Positions 23,921 to 34,413 of a DNA stretch of 64,000 nucleotides are shown piece by piece (the first letter of the stretch is position 1; every line of letters starts with the position of its first letter). The notes under the pieces were generated by a model that worked only from the letters and a program-made list of their open reading frames with translations, did not search any database and was not told the DNA's origin. Both the position numbers and the translations under genes were made by a program. Source of the stretch: Cladosporium halotolerans (Eukaryota); assembly GCF_011745625.1 (NCBI RefSeq), contig NW_027191452.1, forward strand, positions 1,178,001 through 1,242,000, read 5' to 3'.

Positions 23921-26027
23921 GGTGGCGGATAGAAGAATGATTTTGGGAGGTGTTGGGTTGAGAGGAAGGAAAGTCTAAGGTCTGTGTAGACCTGGCGGCT
24001 GACGACCTTTATGTGAGATAGACACCTTCCAAGGACCCGTCGCGGCGCTAGGTTGAAGTGGTTCAAACGGTTCGGCAGCATTGCATTTGCGTGCACCGCA
24101 TGGCGGGGCATGGGGCTGGCTCAGAGGGGTCGCATTGGGCCGAGGGTCCTCGGTGGGGCAACGTAGGCCCCATCCCGGCAATCGTTCTTGTGCAATTGTG
24201 GCGTAGCAACCGCGGCTTCACTTCCCCCCACGCCATCGTCTTGTCCTGCCCCGAAGATATGCCCGGGCATACAATGTCTGTTCACAGACACTTGTGGTGT
24301 GCAGTGACACGTTGGATGGCAGCACGGTGGACAGCTCCGTGGCAGCGCGCGCACTTACGAGTCTGGACTGCCAAAGGATCAGACTAAGCTGTCGGAGCCC
24401 TCAAGGAAGACCCATCAGCCTCATGCACGCAGGGGTTCTAATGCAGGGCAGCTGATTCCACCGAGTAATGTGCGAGAAAGAAGTACGGGCACTCCAGCTC
24501 GCTTCAAGCCTGCTGCTTATGAAGCTGACAATCGACAAGGGTGTCGTATCTAGGCGGACGAATCCCCTGTTCTGGACACTCGCAGCACGCCTAAAGCCAT
24601 GGGCTCAACTTGAGACGAGCGCTGACAATCTTCAAGGGCCAATGCTCTCTCGTTGCATTGATCGCGCAGGGGCAAAGCCTTGGCTTGATGCTGTGCAGCT
24701 GTAGATTCGCGAGATGTTGCACAGCTGATGAGAGATCGCAAGTGGTGCACAAGATAGCATACGCCGTCCTGGATCTGCTAATACATGCGGCATAGCATCT
24801 AGCCTCGCATCAATCCATAGCTGCGGAGAACTTCAATGACTCAGGTTCTGGATGTGCCAATCGCGTCTCGCTCAGACTGAGCTACGGTCGCTTGCAGTGA
24901 GAATCACTGCTTATAACGCACGAGAGGCACAGATCTAGGAGAATCAATGTGAATCAACACCGCTTGGCCCCAGTGCAATTGATGTTCATTGCACTCAATA
25001 TCTTGCGGCACAAGTCGTTTACGCCTATGGCGCTTAACGCGGTCAATGCCAATGAGACCAGACCGGGGTTGAGTGTACACTTGGGAAGTCAGAAGCGTAA
25101 GGATTCGAACTCTCAAGAAACACAAGTGATACAGAGCCATCACGCTCGAACCTCGCCAAGCGATATTCATAATATACCTTGACAGCATTGCTTGTCCGAA
25201 AGCTTGCAGCGTTCTCTGGTGGGTAAATTTGTTTCAGTAGCAATCGTGATCTTTGAGGCAAGCAGAGATCAGACGCTTCCCCACCTCTCTTGACATCTCC
25301 AAAAAAATACCTCGACTATCTCAAATCTACAGGAGATCACTAGAATGCGCCCACATTCTTCATCCAGAAAGCGGTGGAGCAGGCAACTGACCAGTCCTAA
25401 CGGGAGTCAGAGCTTCGCGAGCGCCGTTTCGCCAGCACCGCCGGCCCCCACATGGTCGCGGTGGGCAAACGCCTTGACATCATCGCGGACCAAACAACCC
25501 CTGCAGTTCACCACGCGAACAGCACACCGACGCCATCGCACTATCCGCGTGTGCATAAACTTGGCGTGCGCTCCAACATTTCCCGCCGCTCCCAAAGCCC
25601 TCCATCATTGGATTGGGCTGCGCTGACCGTGTCAAACCTGCCTAGTCAAGCGCCGCAGCGCCCATTACTCTATCGCGCAGATCGTGAAGATGCGGTGTCC
25701 GTCTCGCTGGCTTCCATTGCATACCGCTTGACGAGCGTAACATACTTGTCCCGTTATTTCCAATTTTTGCAGCGTTCTGTCCCGCGTAACACATACCCAT
25801 ATCGAGCTCCTATTCCATGATCAATCGTTCCATCATATTTCACAGCTTACTCCGCGAGAGCCGACGCTTACATCATTGACGCATGCCCAGAGCTTGAATA
25901 AGAGAACATTCGGCGGTCACAGGGACGAAATAACATCAAGAGTTGGGAAGAAGAGTGTACCCGGCTCTCATCTTTGGGAGAGGCGGACAGAGCCATTGCA
26001 TCTGTGTACACAGGCACCTCCGGCACG

Positions 26028-26744
26028 ATGTTCCACGCAATCCGCGAGTTGCCGTATCGCGTCCTCGTCATGCTGGTCAATATCTTCTTCCCGCCGCTGG
26101 CGGTGATGATGCTGACTGGCCTGGGCGCCGACACCGCCCTCAACAGCTTGCTGTTCCTGCTCGCCGTCATCCCCAGCCATGTGCACGGATTCTATATCAG
26201 CTGGGTGTACTTCTGGCGGCGAAGAAAGGTAGGATCTTGCCCCTCTTGCTGTGCCCGAGACTGATCCCACAATTGACCGAAGCTGATATGAAATGCTGTT
26301 TAGGTCAGGAAGGGACGGTACCCCGGTGGGCCAAAGAGCTTCATTACTTCAAAGGATGTGATCAACGGAGGCTTGAGCGACAGGGAGGTCGCGCGGTTGT
26401 ACAAGCACGACAAGCTAGAGAGGAAGAGCAGCCTACGCAGCGCCAGGAGCAGGAGCAGGAGCGGATCGCGGGGGCGGGGATGGGACGAGACCGCACGCGA
26501 GATGTTGCACAGGCGGCCTGAGAGCAGGGGAAGTAGCAGAGCAGGTGCTGACGCGCATGTTGGCAGGCTGAGGAGGGCGGGAAGCCATCGCAGTGTAAGA
26601 TCTCATGGGCGGGAGAGGGACTTTGAGAGGGAGAGGAGATGGGCTGCACAAGTCGCTTCAGACGGGTACGGACCGGTGCAGGTTCCGGGGAGCGAGGCTG
26701 GATCGAGCGTAGGTCCTGGGAGATGGTCAATGGACCGTATATAG
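26028..26744 (+). CDS. Pmp3/UPF0057 proteolipid-family membrane protein with Arg/Ser-rich tail (intron 26229-26303)
   Basis: LVNIFFPPLAV...NSLLFLLAVIPSHVHGFYI is Pmp3-like; splicing gives RRRKVRKGRYPGGPK and continues in frame to 26744. Confidence 0.75.
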
Positions 26745-27042
26745 TAATGTCGCAGGACGTTGCCCTAGAGCTGTATCCTTGCCTCTCCAACCGAGCCTCG
26801 GGTTTCAACTCTCGATAGGCATCACTTCATGCCCTATGCCCAATGATGTCTGATAGCGCCGACGACCACCCCCACGTGAGCGCTTATCAGCCGGTTTGAG
26901 TTCGATGGACAAGCGGGGCACGATGAACGTCGGAAGCCACCCGACCTCCATCTCTCGCACGCGACACAACCCGAGATAATCTCGAGCTTGCCAGACAGCT
27001 GCATCGGTTCCGTATTCCGAAAGTCGTTCGAGCGATGTTGCT

Positions 27043-29663
27043 ATGGCAGGATCAAGCTCTCCCGCTACCGGCCACCGCCGGACGAGCAGCGGCGTGAAGA
27101 AGCGAGGCAGCGGTAGGGTGACTAACGCGTGCGTTGCCTGATACAAGCTCGTCCGGTCCGTCAGTTCAATGCTAATGTTAATGGGATAGATGCGAACGCT
27201 GTCGACGTCAAAAGATTAAATGCTCAGGCAAAGAGCCTTGTGACGCTTGCCAAAAGAGAAGATTGTTGTGTAATTTCGATGAGCAAAATCAAAAGATTCT
27301 TATCACGCGAGAGTCTGTACAGCCGATTCGAATTGCTGGGAATCCCATGCTAAGATATTGTTAGGCAACTAGCTCAACTTGAAAGAGGTGTCCGACGTAG
27401 CTCGGATGCTGAAGTGCGCGCACGCACAGACAGTCAGTCTAATGTTTTGGATTCCGTGGGCCTTCACACAGCTCTGACTGATGCTGCCCTCAACCTTCCT
27501 GCGAATATTCTCCCTTCATTTGAGAATACGAGTCCGACCGAGAATGGTCTGATTGAGCAGACTCAAGCTCAAGACCCTCCGAATGGCACTCGGGCAACCA
27601 CACCGGACGATCCGGCCCGACTTGGAATCGATCTTGTTGCCGAGACTGAACATGATAGTTGCAACAGAAGCACCACTGGTGACAATCACTTCACGAATCC
27701 CTTGGTGAATGGGCCACCAGCCTTCACCGCCGATGAGTTCGGCCAACAATGTATGTATTTCAACCCGCTGTAATCTTGTATTCGATGTTTGCTGATCCAG
27801 TTTACAAAGCTTACCTCGGAACCTCGTCAAACTGGTCGTTCGGTAGACGCGTACTCGTCATGGTCCATGAGAGTTTGTTCGGTCTAGCCCCTCCTCCAGG
27901 ACGATTGCTTTTCGAAGGTCAAGCATACGATGTCGATTGGCGAGGTGCCAGCGTAGCCAGCATGAACGAGCAAAGTGCGACGGTGATTCTGCCGACGACA
28001 GACTTTGCTTTGTTCCTGATCAACACCGTCAAATTCCGCTGTGGGCAGCTGTTTCACCTGTTCGACGAAGAAAGCTTCATGCAGTCTTTCAGGAAGTTTC
28101 ACAGTAACGAACACCCTAAGGAGCCTGTCGGAGCGCTGTGGTATTCACATTATCTCCTCCTACTTGCTCTGGGAAAGGCTCTGGTCGTAGTGTTCACGCA
28201 AGGAACGAAGCCTCCGGGATCCGAGCTGTTCGTCGAAGGCATGCGGACGATGCCTGACGTGGGTTTGACAGCTTCTGAGCCTATACAGTGCATGGAAATC
28301 CTGTGCTGCGCAGCACTATATCTCCAATGCCTTGACAAGCGTAAGGCAGCCTACAATCAGGTGAGTGATCGACCTTCAGTCTTCTACCAATGCTCTACTA
28401 ACGATCTAATGAGATCGGACGAGCGTTGAGAACCGCGCTTGTCGAGGGCATGCATACAGACATGCGGAATCGAAACCTCGCAGATCCAATGAGAGAAAGG
28501 TGTCGCGAGATCTGGTGGACAATCTACATTCTCGACTCGCATATGTCTGCTCTAATGGGCGTGCCTCAGTCTCTCGCAGAACACGACGTTACGGCTCCTT
28601 TGCCAGAGTTCGCCGCGTCCACTTCAAAATCACTGGCTCTGGGAATACATGTCAAATTGGCGAGGGCAACGTCTTCGATTTTACAGAGTAAGCAAATCGT
28701 TCCAGGCAAAAGCCCTGGATCTTTGACAGGCCTGTCGCTGACGCCACGTGATAGCGATCTATGGAGGGGAAGGCCGTGACCCGAGCAGATTCTTGCACAG
28801 CATCAAAGCTGCTTTACGCAACTTAGCGAACATCCACGACGACCGAGTCGCGAGCTTCCGCATCCATCTTGGTAACAGCAGCATATCCCGGCTCTCTGCT
28901 TATCTTTTGCTATTCCAACATCAGGTAATGGTCTTCTGACCCTGCTACACGAAGGTCATGAGCTGAAGGGCGTATCGACAGTGCATCATTCTCGCCACAC
29001 GACCTTTGCTATTCCATTTCTGGCAGCGAAGACTGGCCTCAATGCGGACAGTGCATATAGCTTCGTCTGGGGGCGCCAGATCTCTTGTTCGAATCTGCCT
29101 GGGAGCAGCACAGCAAATCTTGAGGACATTAGAAGTGCTGCAGTCCCAATCACTTCTCGGTATGATGCCCCTGACCCGAAGCTAGTGATTCATGGCTGAT
29201 CTCCACGACAGAAAGCCTAGTACCGTTCGACCTGGAATCGACCTGGTCCGCGGCAGTCGTTATCCTCGTTGCGAACGCAGTCGACTCGTCACTATCCAAG
29301 AATAGTGAAGAGCTTCTCCGAATTGCCTACGCCGTTCTTTCGGAGATGGTCGCACGGGGAAACCGCGTTGCAGCGTTCTACAAAGAAGAACTCGAGCTGC
29401 TAGAGCATCATCTGCTCCAGCTGGCTTCCGGACTTGGTGCGGCGGGAACGGGCCCGGCGAGTAATAGTAATAGTAATAGCGACGGTGCTGGGGCTTTCGA
29501 TTCTGTCCTCTCGACCGGAGGTGGGTCGCTGCAGGAGTGGTATTTTGATGATGGCATGATTGATGGCGAGCAGCTGATGAGAGCGGCGGATTCGCTCAAC
29601 CTCGACGCGTTTCAGTGGTACACTGAAGACTCGCTCGAGGGATTGGATGCATCGCTGCTGTGA
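27043..29663 (+). CDS. Zn(II)2Cys6 transcription factor, Put3/PrnA-like, about 8 exons
   Basis: Spliced cluster ACERCRRQKIKCSGKEPCDACQKRRLLC followed by linker QKILITRE; YLGTSSNWSF; fungal TF middle homology region (EIWWTIYILDSHMSALMGVPQSL, HQCIILATRPLL, PFDLE); acidic C-terminus. Introns at about 27129-27189, 27313-27364, 27751-27800/27809, 28361-28413, 28688-28755, 28925-28981 and 29160-29211. Confidence 0.88.
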
Positions 29664-29795
29664 TGTATGTGTGTAAAATTCTCATGATACTTGAGGCGAA
29701 GATACTATCAAGTCTCTCAACGGATATCGATTCTAGTTCATCCAAATCATGATTCATGAAACACATAAACTCCAAATCCCACAACCTAGGGAGAT

Positions 29796-31266
29796 CTAAA
29801 CCCGGAACCTCACCACCGCCGCCGTCCTCCGTCTCAGCTCGCCCATATACGCAGCATACCCATCCTTCATCCTCGCCGTCCCGCCCGAGTTCTCCACTGC
29901 ACGTCGCAGGAGGTACTGCATACATTCCTGCACCGAGCCCCAGGTCAAACACTTGTAGACGCGCGGCACCATAGCGGCCCCATTTTCACGTAGTCCGTCG
30001 GCCCGCTGCAAGATACTGCAGCCCAGCTCGTCCGCCATGCCTTGCAGCTGGGCGAAGGTCGGCTTCACTTTCAGCTTGCCGGCCGCGGAAAGCGTCTGCA
30101 TGAGGTCGATCGCGGCGCCGACGGAGGCGGGGTTGTGGCCGGCGAGGAAGAGTTCTACTTTAGGAAGCTTTTCAGGCGGGAGGTCGAGGTTTGTTCCGGA
30201 GAGTAGGTCGTGCACGATGCCGTTGTAGGAGGCGTCAGTGTCTTCCTTCGTGTCATGGATGCGTTCTCTCGGGTCAGAGTCGATGTACGCTCCGCGGACG
30301 AGTTTGATGGCGAGCGTCCAGCCGCCTTGTTTGGCAGCGGCGAGCTGGGCGTTCAGTTTGAAACGGGAGGACTTCAGATATGCTTGCAGGGTGTTGTACA
30401 CCAGCACTGAGCCGTTGACGTTGTACTTGCTCATCAAGTCGACCGTCCAGCGATCGATCCCGTCCTGGACGACTTGCTGCTCGGAGTCGATCCAGATGCG
30501 GCATCCTCGGGCTTTGGCTTTCTCGCAAATCCGGTCCATTGCGTCGACCCATGCGGCTGGAGGCTCTTCGTCGCGCATGAGTGACTTCGTTACTTGCGGA
30601 CCGGCGCCCGTCAATCTGGATCAGAAGTCAGCGAAGCGCTCGCCGAAAGTCGAGGACCACTAACTTGATTCCCATCCAATCCCCCTCGTCCATCATGTCA
30701 AGCGTCTCCAGGTTCCCCTCCCTCCACCGCCCGACCTCAGCCTTGAGCTGCTCCTGGCTCCCAGCTTTCGACCCATCGATCTCCCCCACGCCCGTCTCCC
30801 TCCCATAGCAAAGCACGATGCCCTCGAAACCAATCCGCTTGATCTCCGCTTTCGTCCTATCGATCTCGCGCTTGTTCGTCCCCGCGCAGAAGTGGTTATA
30901 GATAAACAACTTCACCGCGGCCCCGAGCAGCGGGTTCGCGTCCGGGTTGAGGAAGACGGATTTGGAGTTTGCGATCGTCCGCATGACGGACAGGCCTGGT
31001 TGGAAGAGGTAAGGGGAGGAGAACCAGGCGCCGAGGATGAGGTTCCGGAGCAGGTTTGAGGTTGGGAGGCGGTGCAGGCATTGCGGGCTGGTGGGGGCTT
31101 CGGATTGGTTTTCGAGGCTTTTGCGGTGGATGGCTGTGGTGGTCGTTTGGGCTACAGGGCGTTTGAGGGCGGCGGATGTGTGGAATGGGGACGCATGGAT
31201 GAGTTTGAGGAAGGGTGGCGTGCGGCGGTGGAGTGGCATTTTGCTGGTTGTTGCGGACCTGAGCAT
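29796..31266 (-). CDS. put1: Mitochondrial proline (or hydroxyproline) dehydrogenase, Put1/PrnD family (intron 30616-30664)
   Basis: Basic presequence; YNHFCAG, IWIDSEQ, YNTLQAYLK, KLVRGAY, LAGHN, FAQLQGMAD, YLLRRAVEN. Confidence 0.92.
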
Positions 31267-31650
31267 GCTGTTGAAGAGCTCAAGTAAGTGGTGTAGTTGA
31301 TGAGGTGATGTCGATACGGTCAACAACCAGCATCGATCCTCCGTGAATATCGACAGAAGCCAGAAACCATCCCGTTATCACAGAGCTCTTTGTAGATAGC
31401 CATATCAGGACCACCCACCGACAAACGATCCCCCCGATCGAACCGAGCAGGCCGGATCTGCCGGCGAAACCATCGAAGCGAGGCAGCAAGGCAACCTGGT
31501 GCTTCCCGAAGCATATCAAGCTTTCGATGACAGCTTGAAAAGAAATAGCCGTTTCGAGAAAAGCGGTCCCGTGGCGGGATAGCAATATGCCGAGAAAGGA
31601 AGGTCTGCTTGATGCTGGGAGCCCATGATACGGTACGGCTTCTCCAACAT

Positions 31651-31701
31651 CGGACGGCTTCCCGGGGAGTGTCACGCGACAACTGAACGGCTGCGTGGCC
31701 G
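31651..31701. promoter_or_regulatory. Two CGG-N8-CCG inverted repeats upstream of the proline dehydrogenase gene; candidate Zn2Cys6 binding sites
   Basis: CGGacggcttcCCG at 31651-31664 and CGGctgcgtggCCG at 31688-31701. Confidence 0.5.
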
Positions 31702-32190
31702 ACGTGGGGAACTTCTCTGATCGTGTGTGGAGAGCTCGTTTCTGTTTTGGACGCGGAGACCGCGATTGCGTTGATCATACTCGAACATTTTTGTGACGCA
31801 TGGTTGACACGCACAGCTCGAGAGGAGGCGTGGTCTTCCATCGTCGTGACACGGCCGGCTTGGACGCCCGCTGGAGTCTCCTAATATTGATGCGTGATCA
31901 CTCTCTTTTTGACACGAGAAAACAACTCAAAAGGGCCATGGTCGCATATGTCTTATTATCTGCATGACTAAGCCGTTGCATTGCTACGTTTTAACGTGAG
32001 CAAACAATCCTATCGATCATTTACCCCAAAGAAACCAAGTCTACCGTCACACATCGCATTCGGCAACCTTTCGATCACGACCTTCTGTTACACCTTTTTC
32101 TTCACAAAGATCGTCTGCCATAAAGCCGTCTCGCTCGCATCAACAATCTATCGACCTCATTTCCCCCAATGTCCACCCCTCCCCAACTCA

Positions 32191-33999
32191 TCAATAATTA
32201 CTCGGATAAAGCACATCCCCCATCTTATTATACTCCTCCTTCAGCGTCCTCGGCGCCACAAACCGCTGCAGCAGCCCCACGCTGCCCGCCTTATCGCACG
32301 TGCCGCTCGCCCTGCTCCCGCCAAACGTCTGCTGCCCGATGACCGCCGCCGTGATCTTGCAGTTGACGTAGAAGTTCCCCGCCGCGTAGCGCAGCCTGTT
32401 CTCCGCCTTGCGGATCGCGCGCTGGTCGTTGGCGAAGATGTTGCCCGTCAGCGCGAAGCCGCCGCCCTGCCGGTCGATCTGGGCGAGGACGGCGTCGAAG
32501 CCGGCGTCCGGGTAGACGTGGGCGGCCAGCAGGGGGCCGAAGAACTCGGTGTCGAAGATCGGGTGGGCGTCGTCCGTGGTCGCGTAGAGCGTCGGCGAGA
32601 TGTAGTAGCCGACGGAGCCGTCGTAGGTGCCGCCGACGATGGTTTCGAGGCGGGGGTCGGCGTTTGCGGCGTCGATGGCTTTGCTGACGCGCTCGAAGGC
32701 TTTGCGGTCGATGACGGGGCCGGTGAAGGCGGTGAAGTCTTCGGGCGGGCCGACTTTGACGCGCGCGAGCTCCTTTTTCATCTCGGAGAAGAAGAGCTGC
32801 GCTTGGCTTTCGGGCAGGTAGATGCGCGAGCAGGCGGAGCATTTTTGTCCGGCGTACTCGTAGGCGGCGCGGATGGTGTGGCGGGCGGCTTCGGCGATGT
32901 CGGCGGAGGGGTGGACGAGGTGGAAGTTCTTGCCGGACGTCTCGCCGACCATGCGAGGGAGGTCGCGGTACTTCTTCTCGCCTACGCCTTGGGCGGCTTT
33001 GGCGTAGAGTTCGCGGAAGACGTCGGAGGAGCCGATGAAGCTGAGGGCTGAGAATTCGGGGTGGTCGTAGACGGCTTTGGTGATTGTTGGCGCGTCTCCG
33101 TTGACGAGCTGGATCACGCCTTCTGGTAGACCAGCTTCGAGAAGGATGTTGTGGACAAGCTGGCTAGCATAGGCAGTCATAGGCGCGGGCTTCCAAATAA
33201 CGACGTTGCCCATTAATGCCGGGGCTGAGACCAGGTTGCCGCCGATAGCAGTGAAGTTGAACGGCGAAACAGCATAGACGAAGCCTTCAAGCGGCCGCCA
33301 GTCCGTCCGTCCATGATGACCAGGCGAGTTGACTGTCGGCTGCTTGTCGTAGATCTCTTGAGCGAAGGACACATTGTAGCGGAAGAAGTCGGCCAGCTCA
33401 GCAGCGGCGTCGATCTCAGCTTGCCACGCATTCTTGCCCTGACCGAGCATTGTGGCTGCGAGAAGCTCGAAACGATATTTGCCAGTCACCAACTCAGCTG
33501 CTCGCAAGAAGATCGAAGCCCGGTCGTGAAACGGCATGTCTTGCCACTCCTGCTTCGCGGCCAGGGCGGTCTCGATCGATCGTTTGACGTCGGCTTCCGA
33601 AGCTGAGCCATATTCGGAAAATGTCTTTGCGTGCTCCGCAGGGAGATGAGTGGGTGTGAGGGGCTTTGAGGAGTCTACTTTGGCATCGCGGCCGCCGATA
33701 GCAGGGACTTGCTTTGGTAGTTGCGAGCGAAGTGTCTTGAGTGCTTTTGCCAGATGCTCACGCTCTGGCGAGTTGGGTTCAAAATGCAGCTATGAAAATG
33801 TCAGTTGTCTGCGTGAAAAATTGATGGTATTTCGAGTAATTCCTACGTTTGGTTCATTGAATGCTTTTGGAACTCTGTAAGTGCCGGAAGTCAAAGACCT
33901 GACTCCGTACGTCGCTCCGGTAAGATGCAGCTTGGTGTTTGAGCGGCCAGCATTGTTGCGAAGGACGGCACCGATTCGTCCTGCACTTGTGAGCCTCAT
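32191..33999 (-). CDS. put2: Mitochondrial delta-1-pyrroline-5-carboxylate dehydrogenase, Put2/PrnC family (intron 33790-33846)
   Basis: Arg-rich presequence; AFNEPN; GQGKNAWQAEIDAAAEL, SPFNFTAIG, GETSGKNF, catalytic YAGQKCSACS, EFFGP, FGGSRASGT. Confidence 0.94.
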
Positions 34000-34090
34000 G
34001 ATCAATCCTGAAGTGGTTGTATGTGTTGTGCACACAGACATGCCTTCTTTGCATGTTATCGTATAAAAGTGCCGGAGCTCTGATTACCAT

Positions 34091-34167
34091 CGGGTCGCTT
34101 GCCGTCGCCTGGTGGGTGAACGCTGGCTTGAAGCCAACGTTCGCGGTGCCGTCGGATGCGCATCCGA
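34091..34167. promoter_or_regulatory. Two CGG-N8-CCG sites in the divergent put2/oxidase promoter, one of them a perfect 16-bp palindrome
   Basis: CGGgtcgcttgCCG at 34091-34104; TCGGATGCGCATCCGA at 34152-34167; GATA motifs nearby. Confidence 0.55.
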
Positions 34168-34413
34168 TCGATCAACCCCCACACGATGGGGCAGGAGCTC
34201 ATGCATGCGGGGATAGCGATTGAATGCATCTCGATATCGGATGATTGTACGCAGTGCATAGCCGTCTGGGCCTTGATAAAGGCGAAAGGTGTTGCGGGAT
34301 GTGACGTCTGTGAATCATTCGCGCTTGCCTCAGCAGCGCATTAAGCTGCTTTGTTTCTGATACTGACTGTGTCCGCCTAATTCTGTGAACCAAGAAAACC
34401 GCCACAAACGAAG

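Noticed and set aside
24400..25300. Lower-GC stretch with short ORFs; possible relic or transposon remnant
   Set aside because: No terminal repeats, transposase/RT motifs or recognisable domain
22315..26744. ALDH and the Pmp3-like gene as members of the proline-derivative cluster
   Set aside because: No CGG-N8-CCG site noticed in their proximal promoters and no clear pathway need; adjacency alone is insufficient, although synteny could revive the idea
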